Positions 32,678 to 42,820 of a stretch of DNA of 64,000 bases are shown piece after piece (the stretch's first letter is position 1; each line of letters opens with the position of its first letter). The stretch is taken from assembly GCA_043721915.1 (NCBI GenBank), contig JAYSPV010000112.1, positions 6,386 to 70,385 on the forward strand, given 5' to 3'. The notes beneath the pieces are model-generated. The model made no database searches, was not told where the DNA came from, and saw only the letters and a program-made list of their open reading frames with translations. Source of the stretch: Ilumatobacteraceae bacterium. GTDB lineage: Bacteria > Actinomycetota > Acidimicrobiia > Acidimicrobiales > Ilumatobacteraceae. Both the position numbers and the translations under genes were made by a program.

Positions 32678-35049
32678 CAGATCGTCTCGATTCTCACGTC
32701 GTTGACCGCGGCAAAGCAGTCGATCAGCTCGCCGACGTTCGGACCAGGGTTGTTGAACGGCACGAACGCCGTGCCGCGCAACACGGTGTCGTCGGCGACG
32801 ACGCTGAAGATCACCGTGGCCCGCTGGCCGATCACCTTCACGTCCGTGCCATCAGTGGTACCCACGCGCACCACGTCGAGTGGGTGCAGATGCACGGCAG
32901 ACCCGCGTGGAAGGTGCGCCAACGACGGCGACTTGGCCGTGCCGACCGCTTGGTCGTACATCGTGCGGCCGACGACGAGCCGGAAGTCGTAGGCGTTCCG
33001 CTCGGCGACCTTGACCTCGACCAGATTCATCGGATCGATGCGGGCCGGAACCGTGGCCAGCACACCGTCGCCTGTTGCGACCGCCTCGGCGGTGACCGAT
33101 GCGTAGCCGTCAACCTTGTCGGCGATGTCGGCAGTGATGTCGGCGACGCTCTCGTAGCCGAGGTCTCCGCCCAGTTCGGCAGCGAGCGCGGCGGCGATCA
33201 TCCAGTCGGCGCGGGTGCTGCCGGCAGGCGTCACCTGGCCGGCGACGCTGCTGACCCGACCTTCGAGGTTGGTGGTGGTGCCCGACTTCTCGCCGTAGGC
33301 GCTGGCCGCGAACACGACGTCGGCCTTCGAGGACGACTGGGTGAGGAAGGTGTCGACCGCGATGATTCGGCGAGCGCCAGCCATCGCACGCCGGGCAAGA
33401 TCGGTGTCCGGGAAGTCGGCGAGCGGATCGGCGCCGACCAACACGAGGCACCCGAGCTTGCCATCGGCTGCTGCCTGCAGCGCGCCGCGGGTGTCGAGGC
33501 CACCCGTGCCGGGGCGCATGCCCACCTGGAGCGCACCCACCACGTTGCCGCGACGGAACGCCGGCAGCACCTTCGCGCCGGGTGCCGCGGTGAGCAGTGT
33601 GCGCAGCGCCGCGACGGTGGCCGCGGACGACTCGGCGAGGTTGGCGCGACCGGCGACGATGACGACACTGCCCTTGCCCAGTTGCTCGGCGATCGCGGCG
33701 TCGGCCAGTGCGCCGTTGACGGCCGCCACCTGCGTGCCCGGCTCGTAGCCGATGCTGCGCCACGAGTACTTGGTGAGGCCACTCTGCTTCGGGGTGAACT
33801 CGATGATCCGGCTGCGCTTCTTCTCCGCGGCTTCGCGCAAGCGCAGGTACAGGACCGGCAGCTCTTCCTTCAGATCCGGGCCGAGCAGGACGATGGTGGT
33901 GGCAGACGCAGCCTCGTCGATCGTGGCGCGGTCAAGACCGAGCAGGCCGACCGGGAGGCCGTCGCCCATCTGCGAATAGACGTTGGGTGTGCCGATCACC
34001 TCGTGGCCCACGCGTGCCCACGCGAAGGCGTCCTCGTTGGTGCCGCGGGCGCCGCCGATGACGGCAATGCTGTCGACGCCACCTGCCGCAGAGGCCTCGG
34101 CGATCAGCCTCGCGGCCTCCGTCAACGCAGTGCTCCACGACGCCGGCTGCAACGCCTCGCCCTGGCGAACCAGTGGCTGCAGCACGCGTTCGCCGCTCTT
34201 CACCGACTCGAAGTTGAACCGACCGCGGTCGCACAGCCACCCGTGGTTCACCGGTTCGCTGTCCACGCCCATGTAGCGCAGCAGTTCGTCGCGGCTGCTC
34301 TGCACCACGGTGCGGCACCCGACGGCGCACGTGGTGCACGTGCTCTCCTGCTGGGCGAGATCCCAGGGGCGAGCCTTGAAGCGGTAGGGCTTGGCCGTCA
34401 AAGCGCCCACCGGGCAGATCTGCACGGTGTTGCCGCTGAAGTAGCTGCTGAACGGTTCGTCGGGGAACGTGGTGATGTGCGTGTTGTTGCCGCGGCCGCT
34501 GAAGTGGATCAGCGGATCGCCGGCCACCTCGTCGGCGAAGCGGGTGCAGCGGTCGCAGAGGATGCAACGCTCGCGATCGAGATAGACGATGTCGCTGATC
34601 GCGATCGGCTTCTCGAAGTGGCGCTTCTCCTCCACGTACCGACTCTCACCCGGGCCGTTACTGAACGCCTGATCCTGCAACGGGCACTCGCCGCCCTTGT
34701 CGCACACTGGGCAGTCGAGCGGGTGATTTGCGAGCAACAGCTCGAGCACACCCTCCTGCATCCGCTTGGTGGTCTCCGATTGGGTGTCGACCTTCATGTC
34801 GGGCGCCACCGCAACCATGCACGAGACAGTGACCGCCGGGCCGCGACCCGAATCGCATTCCACCAGGCACATCCGGCACATGCCGACGGAGCTCATCCGT
34901 TCGTGGTAGCAGAACCGCGGGATGTACTCGCCGGCGTCGGCGGCAGCTTCGATGACCAACTGCCCCTTGCGGGCGACGTGGGCGACGCCGTTGATCGTGA
35001 TGTTGACCGCGTTCGGATCCACGGGCGGAGTTTCGGCTACATCAGTCAT
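32677..35049 (-). CDS. nuoG: NADH-quinone oxidoreductase subunit G (operon 2)
   Basis: 790-aa ORF. The N-terminal 2Fe-2S/4Fe-4S region contains CYHERMSSVGMCRMCLVE, HPLDCPVCDKGGECPLQD and CILCDRCTRF, followed by a molybdopterin-like domain. Confidence 0.92.
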   Translation of the reverse strand: MTDVAETPPVDPNAVNITINGVAHVARKGQLVIEAAADAGEYIPRFCYHERMSSVGMCRMCLVECDSGRGPAVTVSCMVAVAPDMKVDTQSETTKRMQEGVLELLLANHPLDCPVCDKGGECPLQDQAFSNGPGESRYVEEKRHFEKPIAISDIVYLDRERCILCDRCTRFADEVAGDPLIHFSGRGNNTHITTFPDEPFSSYFSGNTVQICPVGALTAKPYRFKARPWDLAQQESTCTTCAVGCRTVVQSSRDELLRYMGVDSEPVNHGWLCDRGRFNFESVKSGERVLQPLVRQGEALQPASWSTALTEAARLIAEASAAGGVDSIAVIGGARGTNEDAFAWARVGHEVIGTPNVYSQMGDGLPVGLLGLDRATIDEAASATTIVLLGPDLKEELPVLYLRLREAAEKKRSRIIEFTPKQSGLTKYSWRSIGYEPGTQVAAVNGALADAAIAEQLGKGSVVIVAGRANLAESSAATVAALRTLLTAAPGAKVLPAFRRGNVVGALQVGMRPGTGGLDTRGALQAAADGKLGCLVLVGADPLADFPDTDLARRAMAGARRIIAVDTFLTQSSSKADVVFAASAYGEKSGTTTNLEGRVSSVAGQVTPAGSTRADWMIAAALAAELGGDLGYESVADITADIADKVDGYASVTAEAVATGDGVLATVPARIDPMNLVEVKVAERNAYDFRLVVGRTMYDQAVGTAKSPSLAHLPRGSAVHLHPLDVVRVGTTDGTDVKVIGQRATVIFSVVADDTVLRGTAFVPFNNPGPNVGELIDCFAAVNDVRIETI

Positions 35050-36446
35050 CAGTGGGCTCCGACCGCGGTGACGGGGATCTGCTTGCGCTCGACGATCTTG
35101 GCCTCGAACTCATCTCTGAAGAGCGTGAGCGCCGAGTGCACCGGCGCGTACGCCGATGGGCCGACGAAGCAGATCGTGGTCATCTTGTAGGGAAACGGCG
35201 TGGCAGTGAGGCCAAGGCGCTCGCTGGACGCATGCGGGAACGCACCGGGGCAGATCGACTCGCCGATCTCGAACATCTGGTCGAGGTCGGCCTTCGTTCC
35301 GCGACCGTCGACAACGCGCTGGAGCACCCGCTCGAGCCAGGTGCCGCCCTCACGACAGGGTGTGCACTGGCCGCAGCTCTCGGCAGCGTAGAAGTGAGTG
35401 AGCGTGAGCGCAGCCTTGGGGATGTCGGTGGTGTGATCCATCACCATCACCGCGCCGGAGCCGAGCATCGAGCCGGCGGCGCCGGCGGCGCGACCCTCGA
35501 ACGGGATGTCGAGTTGGTCGGGCGTGAACCACGGGGCCGAACCGCCGCCGGGCACGAACGCCTTCAACTCGTTGTCGTCGCGGATGCCCTGGCAGAACTC
35601 GTCACCGAAGATGATGTCGCGGAAGGTGGTGCTGCCGTTGATGATCTCGTAGACGCCGGGGCGCTTGACGTGGCCGCTGATTGCGACCATGCGCGTGCCC
35701 GGGCTTGTGACGGTGCCGATCGCCGTGAACGCCGCGACGCCGTTGGTGAGCAGCCACGGCAAGTTGGCGAGCGTCTCGACGTTGTTGACGATCGTCGGCT
35801 GGCCGTACAGACCCACAGCGGCCGGGAAGAACGGCGGCTTCAGCCGCGGCTCGCCGCGCTTGCCTTCGAGGCTCTCGATCAGCGCCGTCTCCTCGCCCAC
35901 GACGTAGGCACCCGCGCCCCAGTGCAGCACGATGTCGACGCCGAAGCTGCTACCGAGGATGTTCTTGCCGATGTAGCCGGCGGCATACGCCTCGTTGAGG
36001 GCGACGGCCACGCGTTCGTGGGCCAGCGGCATCTCGCCACGGATGTACAGGAAAACCTGCGCCAGCCCGGCGGCATACGCGGCGATCAGGCAGCCCTCGA
36101 TCAGCTGGTGCGGATCGCGCTCCATCAGCAGGCGATCCTTGTAGGTGCCCGGCTCGCTCTCGTCGCCGTTGACGACGAGGTAGCGGGGGAACTTGCCGGC
36201 GGGCATCAGGCCCCACTTCGTACCCGCGGGGAAGCCCGCCCCACCGCGACCGAGCACCGTCGCGGTCTTGACATCGTCGTGCACCTCAACGGGCGAGCGC
36301 GCCAGCGCGGCGCGCAGGCCGGCGTACCCGCCAGTGGCGTGGTAGCGCTCGAGGGTGTAACTGTCCTCGTAGTGGAAACGACCGGTGACGATCTTCGGCC
36401 GGTCGCCGTCGTCGATGTACCCGGCGGCCCAGGGGTAGCTGCTCAC
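35049..36446 (-). CDS. nuoF: NADH-quinone oxidoreductase subunit F (operon 2)
   Basis: GRGGAGFPAGTKWG (FMN/NADH site), YLVVNGDESEPGT and ESCGQCTPCREG (N3 cluster) motifs. Confidence 0.93.
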   Translation of the reverse strand: MSSYPWAAGYIDDGDRPKIVTGRFHYEDSYTLERYHATGGYAGLRAALARSPVEVHDDVKTATVLGRGGAGFPAGTKWGLMPAGKFPRYLVVNGDESEPGTYKDRLLMERDPHQLIEGCLIAAYAAGLAQVFLYIRGEMPLAHERVAVALNEAYAAGYIGKNILGSSFGVDIVLHWGAGAYVVGEETALIESLEGKRGEPRLKPPFFPAAVGLYGQPTIVNNVETLANLPWLLTNGVAAFTAIGTVTSPGTRMVAISGHVKRPGVYEIINGSTTFRDIIFGDEFCQGIRDDNELKAFVPGGGSAPWFTPDQLDIPFEGRAAGAAGSMLGSGAVMVMDHTTDIPKAALTLTHFYAAESCGQCTPCREGGTWLERVLQRVVDGRGTKADLDQMFEIGESICPGAFPHASSERLGLTATPFPYKMTTICFVGPSAYAPVHSALTLFRDEFEAKIVERKQIPVTAVGAH

Positions 36447-37057
36447 TTCGCTGCCTCCGGTGCGGGCATCCAGGCCGGCTGGGCCGGCGCGTCGGGTGAT
36501 ACCGCGCCCGCGGCCTTGTCGGCGGGGATCTGCTGGCGCACGCGGGCGAGCGTGCCGTGCGGCGGGATCTCACCAGCGAGGCGACCAGCGGCCAGATCGT
36601 CGATCAGCTGATCGAACGAGGCTGTGGTCATCCGGTGGCAGTGGCGATAGTTGACCTGCATGTTCGGCGCTTCGGTGCACGCTGCCTGGCACTCGGCATG
36701 CTCCAGCGTGAACAGCCCGTCGGCGGTTGTGCCGCCGGCCTTCACACCCAGGCGCTCCTCGGCGTGGTGCATCAGCTCGTCGGCGCCCAGCAGCTGGCAA
36801 CTCATCGTCCCGCAGATGTTGACCAGGTACTTTCCGACCGGCTCGAACTTGAACATCTCGTAGAACGTGGCCGTGCCCAGGATCTCCGCGGAGGTGGCGC
36901 CGACCAGCTCGGCGACATGAGCGATCGCCTCGTTGGTGACGTAACCGTTCTGCTGCTGCGAGAGGTGCAGCAGCGGAATGGCTGCCGAGCGCGCCTTCGG
37001 GTAGCGCCCGATGATCTCCTTGGCCAGGATCACGTTGGCTTCGTTGAGGCGGCTCAT
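36443..37057 (-). CDS. nuoE: NADH-quinone oxidoreductase subunit E (operon 2)
   Basis: MSRLNEANVILAKEIIGRYPKARSAAIPLLHLSQQQNGYV with the 2Fe-2S cysteines in VNICGTMSCQLLG ... ECQAACTEAP. ATG 37057 overlaps the nuoD2 stop. Confidence 0.9.
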   Translation of the reverse strand: MSRLNEANVILAKEIIGRYPKARSAAIPLLHLSQQQNGYVTNEAIAHVAELVGATSAEILGTATFYEMFKFEPVGKYLVNICGTMSCQLLGADELMHHAEERLGVKAGGTTADGLFTLEHAECQAACTEAPNMQVNYRHCHRMTTASFDQLIDDLAAGRLAGEIPPHGTLARVRQQIPADKAAGAVSPDAPAQPAWMPAPEAAK

Positions 37058-38403
37058 CGGTCCACCTCGCCGAGCACGGGGTCGACCGACGAGATGACGG
37101 CGACGGCGTCGGCGACGAGGCCCCCGCGCATCATGTGCGGCAGGCATTGGACGTTGACGAACGATGGCGCACGCACGTGCATCCGGTACGGCGTGGCCGA
37201 ACCATCGCTGGCGATGTAGCAGCCGATCTCGCCACGCGGGCTCTCGATGGCCACGTAGACCTCGCCCTCGGGCACCTTGAAGCCCTCGGTGAAGATCTTG
37301 AAGTGGTGGATGAGCGCTTCCATGCTCTCGTCGATGCGAGCGCGCGGCGGCGGTGTGACCTTCTTGTTCTGGATGCGGTAGTCGCCACCAGGCATCCGAT
37401 CGAGGATCTGGTGCACGATGCGGATGCTCTCGCGGATCTCGTGGAAGCGGATGGCGTACCGATCGAAGGCGTCTCCGTAACTGCCGACGATGACGTCGAA
37501 CTCGACCTCGTCGTAGTGGAGGTAGGGCTGATCGCGACGGAGATCCCACTCGACGCCCGTGCTGCGCAGGATGGGGCCGGTGGCGCCCAGGGCTATCGCC
37601 TCGGCCTGCGTGATCACACCCACACCCTGCAGACGGTCGCGCCAGATCGGCTGACCGGTCATCAGGATGTCGTACTCCTCGAGCCGGGGCGGGATCATCT
37701 CCAGCAGGTGCAATACGTCGTCGCGCCAGCCGGCGGGCAGATCCGCGGCGACACCGCCGGGGCGGATGAAGTTGTGGTTCATCCGCAGGCCGGTGACCTT
37801 CTGAAAGAAGCGCAGCACTTCCTCACGCTCGCGCCAGCCGTAGATCATCATGCTGACGGCACCGAGATCCATGCCGTTGGTGGCCATGAACAACAGGTGC
37901 GATGACATCCGGTTGAGTTCGCTGAGCAGCATGCGCATCCAGACCGCACGCTCGGGGATGTCGCCGTCGATGCCGAGCAGCTTCTCGGTCGCCATGCTGA
38001 ACACGAGCTCGTTGTTCAGCGGGCTGAGGTAGTCCATGCGGGTGACGTTGGTGCCGCCCTGCATGAAGGTGAGCTGCTCGCCCTGCTTCTCCATCCCGGT
38101 GTGCAGGTAGCCGATGATCGGCTTGCAGCGCAGCACGGTTTCGCCCTGCAGCTCGAGCATCAGGCGCAGCACGCCATGGGTGCTGGGATGCTGCGGCCCC
38201 ATGTTGATGATCATGGTCTGATCTTCGGAGGGGTCGACGGGCAGGTCACCCAGCTTGGCGGCATCCGCCTCGCTCATCCGCAGGACTGCGCCGACTTCGC
38301 GCAGCAGCTCGCGAGCCGTCAGCTCGCTACGCGGCTTGAGGCCCTGCTCGGGCTCGTTGCCCTGACGGATGGTCTCGACGATGTTGTGATCGGTGGCGGT
38401 CAT
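37054..38403 (-). CDS. nuoD: NADH-quinone oxidoreductase subunit D (operon 2)
   Basis: MIINMGPQHPSTHGVLRLMLELQGETV and the C-terminal VISSVDPVLGEVDR. The start MTATDHNIV is at 38403. The upstream part of the tracked 655-aa ORF is shadow. Confidence 0.92.
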   Translation of the reverse strand: MTATDHNIVETIRQGNEPEQGLKPRSELTARELLREVGAVLRMSEADAAKLGDLPVDPSEDQTMIINMGPQHPSTHGVLRLMLELQGETVLRCKPIIGYLHTGMEKQGEQLTFMQGGTNVTRMDYLSPLNNELVFSMATEKLLGIDGDIPERAVWMRMLLSELNRMSSHLLFMATNGMDLGAVSMMIYGWREREEVLRFFQKVTGLRMNHNFIRPGGVAADLPAGWRDDVLHLLEMIPPRLEEYDILMTGQPIWRDRLQGVGVITQAEAIALGATGPILRSTGVEWDLRRDQPYLHYDEVEFDVIVGSYGDAFDRYAIRFHEIRESIRIVHQILDRMPGGDYRIQNKKVTPPPRARIDESMEALIHHFKIFTEGFKVPEGEVYVAIESPRGEIGCYIASDGSATPYRMHVRAPSFVNVQCLPHMMRGGLVADAVAVISSVDPVLGEVDR

Positions 38404-38930
38404 TGTGTGCCACTCCTTGCAGCGAAGTTGCCGCTGAACTGCACCGGGATGCAACCGACGTCGTAGTCCTTGCGCAACGGGTGGCCCTCCCAATCCTCTG
38501 GCATCAGGATGCGGGTGAGGTCGGGGTGGTCGTTGAAGACGATGCCGAACATGTCGTACACCTCGCGCTCCATCGCCTCGGTACCCGGATACATGTCGAA
38601 CAGCGTGGCGATCGTGGGGTCGGTGGCGGGCACCTGGACACGCACACGGATGCGTTCGCGCCGCTCCAACGACAACAGGTTGACGACGATCTCGAACCGT
38701 TCGGCAGCGATGCCCGCGGGTAGTATCCGCCCGGGATGCGTGAGGTAGTCGACTGCGGTGAGATCGACACACATCGCGTACGTGTCGTCGAGCAGGGCGC
38801 GTACCGTCTTCGTGTACTCGGATCGGCTGGGATGCAGCACCCGCTGGCCTCGGCTGTCGCTGAGCGGGACACCGTACGCACTGGGCGGCGGTTCGGGCGC
38901 GGCGACCTGTTGCTCGGGAGTGTCGGACAT
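38400..38930 (-). CDS. nuoC: NADH-quinone oxidoreductase subunit C (operon 2)
   Basis: [43 protein letters not shown] signature. The start MSDTPEQQV is at 38930. Confidence 0.88.
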   Translation of the reverse strand: MSDTPEQQVAAPEPPPSAYGVPLSDSRGQRVLHPSRSEYTKTVRALLDDTYAMCVDLTAVDYLTHPGRILPAGIAAERFEIVVNLLSLERRERIRVRVQVPATDPTIATLFDMYPGTEAMEREVYDMFGIVFNDHPDLTRILMPEDWEGHPLRKDYDVGCIPVQFSGNFAARSGTQ

Positions 38931-38932
38931 GG

Positions 38933-39544
38933 TTAGCGGCTTCCCAGGATGACCGGCACCGGCTGTGCACCGGCCGGGATCTCGGTGACGTGCAACCCGG
39001 CACCGGCGCCGGTGGCAGCACGGCGCTTGAGCAGCTCGCCGTCTTCGATCTTCTGGTGCAACGTCTCGATCGCGTGGATCAGCGTCTCGGGGGTCGGTGG
39101 GCACCCCGGTGCGTACACGTCCACGGGCACCACCTGATCGACGCCTTGCACGATCGCGTAGTTGTTGAACATGCCACCGCTGCTGGCACACACGCCCATG
39201 CTGATGACCCACTTCGGTTCCATCATCTGGTCGTAGACCTGGCGCAACACCGGCGCCATCTTCTGGCTGACCCGCCCGGCGACGATCATGATGTCGGCCT
39301 GGCGCGGCGAGGCGCGGAAGACCTCCATGCCGAAGCGGCTGATGTCGTAGTGCGCCGCGCCGGTGGCCATCATCTCGATCGCACAGCAGGCGAGCCCGAA
39401 CGAGGCCGGCCACGAGCTGCGGCTCCGCGCCCAACCGACCAGATCTTCCAGCCTGGCTGTGATCGCGTTGTGAGGGATCGAGCCGATGCCCTCGGGCAGG
39501 ATGTTCTTGAGCTTGTCGACGGCGATCTCAGTGGACGACTTCAT
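38933..39544 (-). CDS. nuoB: NADH-quinone oxidoreductase subunit B (operon 2)
   Basis: [22 protein letters not shown] and APGCPPTPE motifs. The start MKSSTEIAV at 39544 overlaps the nuoA2 stop (ATGA). Confidence 0.92.
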   Translation of the reverse strand: MKSSTEIAVDKLKNILPEGIGSIPHNAITARLEDLVGWARSRSSWPASFGLACCAIEMMATGAAHYDISRFGMEVFRASPRQADIMIVAGRVSQKMAPVLRQVYDQMMEPKWVISMGVCASSGGMFNNYAIVQGVDQVVPVDVYAPGCPPTPETLIHAIETLHQKIEDGELLKRRAATGAGAGLHVTEIPAGAQPVPVILGSR

Positions 39545-40002
39545 GCTGCAGAGTCCTGTGGGCGACCTTCGAGACCGACACGGCGGATGGTGCTGGTGAC
39601 GGTGCGGCCCGGTGACAATGCGGACTCGAGACGCCGCTGCTTCGCGACCGGCCCCCACTCGAGCGCACCACGCGCGACGACGTACACGAATGCGGCGAAG
39701 AAGACCACGCTGAAGGCGATCATCTCCCACAGTGCGTACGAGCCGAGGAACTGGCGATCCACGGCGAACGGGTAGATGAAGATCAGTTCGATGTCGAACA
39801 TGATGAACAGCATCGCGACGACGTAGAACGTGACCGGGAATCGCTCGGGTGGCTCGCGGCTGGGGACGATGCCGCACTCGTACGGCGCCTCCTTCGCAGC
39901 CGACGGGCGCCGAGGCGCGAGCAAGCCGGATGCAAAGAAGCTCAACGCACCGAACAGTGCGGCCAAGACCAGCAATGCGACGATCGGCAGGTATTGGCCC
40001 AT
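39541..40002 (-). CDS. nuoA: NADH-quinone oxidoreductase subunit A (operon 2)
   Basis: [41 protein letters not shown] is typical NuoA. Confidence 0.9.
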   Translation of the reverse strand: MGQYLPIVALLVLAALFGALSFFASGLLAPRRPSAAKEAPYECGIVPSREPPERFPVTFYVVAMLFIMFDIELIFIYPFAVDRQFLGSYALWEMIAFSVVFFAAFVYVVARGALEWGPVAKQRRLESALSPGRTVTSTIRRVGLEGRPQDSAA

Positions 40003-40005
40003 CGA

Positions 40006-40869
40006 TCAGACCTTCGCCGGAAGTGCCTTGGCCGACCGATTCACTGCGACCCGTCGATCGCGGGTGTGGAGCAGCCAGCACAGCAGCAGGAAGATGATCA
40101 ACGACGAGATACAGATGATGGCGGCCGGCACACGTTTCGCACCCAGGTCGCGGATCATGTAGACGTATTCATGCGACCTCGACGTGTCGATGACCGCCCG
40201 CGCAGGTGCACGACCGGGCTCGGACCGTTGCGGCATCAGCGGCGCGATCTCGACCACTGCGTAGTGCGGCGCGTGGAAGAACGCGAGGAAATCGATCCTG
40301 CCATCCCAGAACTGCGGGCTGCGCTCGCCGCCCTTCTCATAGACAGAGACCACCGTGAACCCGCCGGCGGCGAACGCCTCCGATTCCTCGACGTACACGC
40401 TGCCGGCCGAACCGGCCTGTTGGAACGACGGCAACGCCGAGTTGAGCTGCTTCCAGCCGTTGTAGCTCAACAGCCCGCGCACGCTCTCGGCGTCGGCGAT
40501 TGCATCGTCGGTCATCTCGAAGTTCACATCGAGGATACCGACATCGTTGAGTCGCGACGGCTCACGGATGATCGTCTTGCCGGCAACCGGCTGCCACGAC
40601 GGATCGGGCCCGAGCAGGCCCTTGCCGTACGTCCACCACACCGCGCCCATGATGAACATCCACCCTGCGAGAGCGGTGAGGACGACGAGGAACCCGAGGC
40701 GGGCACCCATGTTGGTACCGAGGATCAGATAGATGCTGCCGCACAAGACGGCCACCGCGATGATCACGATCAGCGTGCCACGCAGCTCCCATTCCCAGGG
40801 CCCGATGGCCGTCTTCGTCACGTTGCCGAGAATGCCGGCGGCTGCCGACGTGAGTGCTGCATGCATCAC
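40006..40869 (-). CDS. Hypothetical membrane protein encoded between the di-haem cytochrome c gene and nuoA2
   Basis: 287-aa ORF. It has two N-terminal hydrophobic helices ([41 protein letters not shown]), a central soluble domain of about 170 aa, and a C-terminal helix ([19 protein letters not shown]). The start overlaps the cytochrome c stop (ATGA), and the stop lies 3 nt before the nuoA2 ATG. I recognise no family. Confidence 0.7.
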   Translation of the reverse strand: MMHAALTSAAAGILGNVTKTAIGPWEWELRGTLIVIIAVAVLCGSIYLILGTNMGARLGFLVVLTALAGWMFIMGAVWWTYGKGLLGPDPSWQPVAGKTIIREPSRLNDVGILDVNFEMTDDAIADAESVRGLLSYNGWKQLNSALPSFQQAGSAGSVYVEESEAFAAGGFTVVSVYEKGGERSPQFWDGRIDFLAFFHAPHYAVVEIAPLMPQRSEPGRAPARAVIDTSRSHEYVYMIRDLGAKRVPAAIICISSLIIFLLLCWLLHTRDRRVAVNRSAKALPAKV

Positions 40870-41942
40870 AGGCTCCGCACGTATTCGACGACGGCTTTGA
40901 TCTGCTCATCGGTGAGCAGATGCCCGAACCCGGGCATCCGGCCCGAACCCTGGCCCTGCACGCCGTACTTGACGCCGTTCTTGGAACCGGCCTTGATGAA
41001 GTTGATCATGTCCTGCTCACTCGGGAAGTGGGAGTTGGTGGCGCCGCCGGTGAGGTTCCAGCCGAACGCGCCCTGCGCCGTCACGCCGGGGTCGCCGTAG
41101 CTCCAGCCGGGAGTGTGACAGCGGGCGCAGCTGTAGGCGCCATACGACAGATCCGAGTTGAACAGGGCTTCGCCCTCGCTGGCACCGGGGTTGGTCGCCA
41201 TGTAGTCGTCGACAGCGCGCTGGATGTCGTCCTTCGTGGTTTGCGGCAGCGTGCCACCGTCACACACGTACGGGTCGGCCTTGTTGACGAACGAATCGTC
41301 GGTGAGGCAGCCCTCGGGCTGGATCTGGATGCTCTTCAGGTAGACGAGCAGGGTTTCGATGTTCTGGGCCGTCATCGGGCCGCCACCTGGTGCACCCCAC
41401 GCGGACATCGGCGAGAACGGCCGGCCGTAGTTGAGGATGAACCGAACCTCTTCCTGGCTGAAGCGGTAGAAGACGGTGTTCAGCGCCGGTGCGTACCAGC
41501 TGACCGCGGTGACTTCGCCCGTCTTCACGTCGGTGATCGCGTAGGGGGCGACGTTGCCGAGACCGCCCAGACCGCCATGGCAGCCTGCGCAGTTGAAACC
41601 ACCGTTGGCGGTGGTTTGGAACAGCTGCTCACCCCACCAACGGAAACGCTCCTGTTCGCCGCTGACAGCGCCGGCCTGTCGGCTGGGCTCGTACGCCCAG
41701 TAGAGCGGCAGTCCGATCACCATCGTCAGCAGCAAGAGCACGCCGAAGACCTGCAAGCGTTCCAACCGCGAGCCCTCGAGGGTCTCGTCGTCGTAGTACG
41801 CCTTGCGGTTGGGCGCCATCTCGACTTCGGAGCCCAGCTCGCTGCGCGCCTTGCCCGAGCTGAGGAAGTAGTAGGTGACCCAGCCGATGACGACGACGGC
41901 GAGGATGACCCATGCCACGGCAACTGTGTTGAGCGCGATCAT
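40866..41942 (-). CDS. qcrC: Membrane-anchored di-haem cytochrome c (QcrC-like)
   Basis: Two CxxCH motifs (CAGCH, CARCH), two N-terminal TM helices, and a C-terminal GSGRMPGFG Met-ligand-like motif. Confidence 0.88.
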   Translation of the reverse strand: MIALNTVAVAWVILAVVVIGWVTYYFLSSGKARSELGSEVEMAPNRKAYYDDETLEGSRLERLQVFGVLLLLTMVIGLPLYWAYEPSRQAGAVSGEQERFRWWGEQLFQTTANGGFNCAGCHGGLGGLGNVAPYAITDVKTGEVTAVSWYAPALNTVFYRFSQEEVRFILNYGRPFSPMSAWGAPGGGPMTAQNIETLLVYLKSIQIQPEGCLTDDSFVNKADPYVCDGGTLPQTTKDDIQRAVDDYMATNPGASEGEALFNSDLSYGAYSCARCHTPGWSYGDPGVTAQGAFGWNLTGGATNSHFPSEQDMINFIKAGSKNGVKYGVQGQGSGRMPGFGHLLTDEQIKAVVEYVRSL

Positions 41943-42820
41943 ATGCAGTGTGGCCCTTCCGCCTCTTGACCAGTGGTGTTGGTGCCGATGGCGGCGCCGA
42001 CCTTGACGGCCGATGTGTCGATGACGACATCACCGGAACCCGAGACCGTGACAGCGAAGTGATCCATCCCTCGAGGGGCAGGACCTGCCTTCTTCTCCCC
42101 GGCGCGGTTGTACTGAGAACCGTGGCAGGGGCATTCGAACCATTGGCTGCTCTTGCACTCGGGAACCCGGCAACCCAGGTGCGGGCACTTCTGGTAGATC
42201 GCAACGACGCCACTCTCCATGCCGCCGATGAGCGTGCTGTACTCCTTGACGCCCTTGGCCTTGGGGAGCGCTTCGGGTGGGTAGACCGTCAGATACGAGC
42301 GCGCGCTGGAGCTGTACAGGAAACCGCCGTTGCTGCGAATGGTAGCCAGCACCTCGGTGAGCTTGCCGATGGTCACCTTGCCGCCGAACACCGGCACCGT
42401 GGTGGGCCACAGGAAGGCAACGAACCCGGCAGCGGCGAACGATGCAAGGCCAGCTGTCATCAGCACGACAGTGGAACGGTTGAGGAACTGGCGACGGTTG
42501 ACGCCGATCTCGTCACGGTCCGGCGGAATCCAGATGCTCGGAGTCATGTCGGGCGCCGGCACGAGTCCCTGGGCGCGCTCGGTGGTTGCGGCACGTTCGA
42601 CATCCCTGCCGGTGGGGGCACTCGGGAGATCGAGGTCTGCGTCGCGATCGCGACGCTTGGTTTCGCGGCTCAGTGCGCCGGCACCGCGGACATCGCTCTT
42701 GCGAGCGGCGGTGAGCAGCACGACGGCCGCCAACACGGCGACCACGACAAGCGCAATGGCAATGATGAGTGCAGGAGTCATGAAAGGGGATGCCTCACAG
42801 TTCGAAGAAGAGACCGTCAC
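41939..42820 (-). CDS. qcrA: Rieske [2Fe-2S] subunit of the cytochrome bc/b6c-type complex
   Basis: CPHLGCRV ... CPCHGSQY Rieske boxes. An internal twin-arginine motif (VNRRQFLN) follows an N-terminal TM helix. The start may be ATG 42781 (MTPALII) rather than 42820. Confidence 0.9.
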   Translation of the reverse strand: MTVSSSNCEASPFMTPALIIAIALVVVAVLAAVVLLTAARKSDVRGAGALSRETKRRDRDADLDLPSAPTGRDVERAATTERAQGLVPAPDMTPSIWIPPDRDEIGVNRRQFLNRSTVVLMTAGLASFAAAGFVAFLWPTTVPVFGGKVTIGKLTEVLATIRSNGGFLYSSSARSYLTVYPPEALPKAKGVKEYSTLIGGMESGVVAIYQKCPHLGCRVPECKSSQWFECPCHGSQYNRAGEKKAGPAPRGMDHFAVTVSGSGDVVIDTSAVKVGAAIGTNTTGQEAEGPHCI

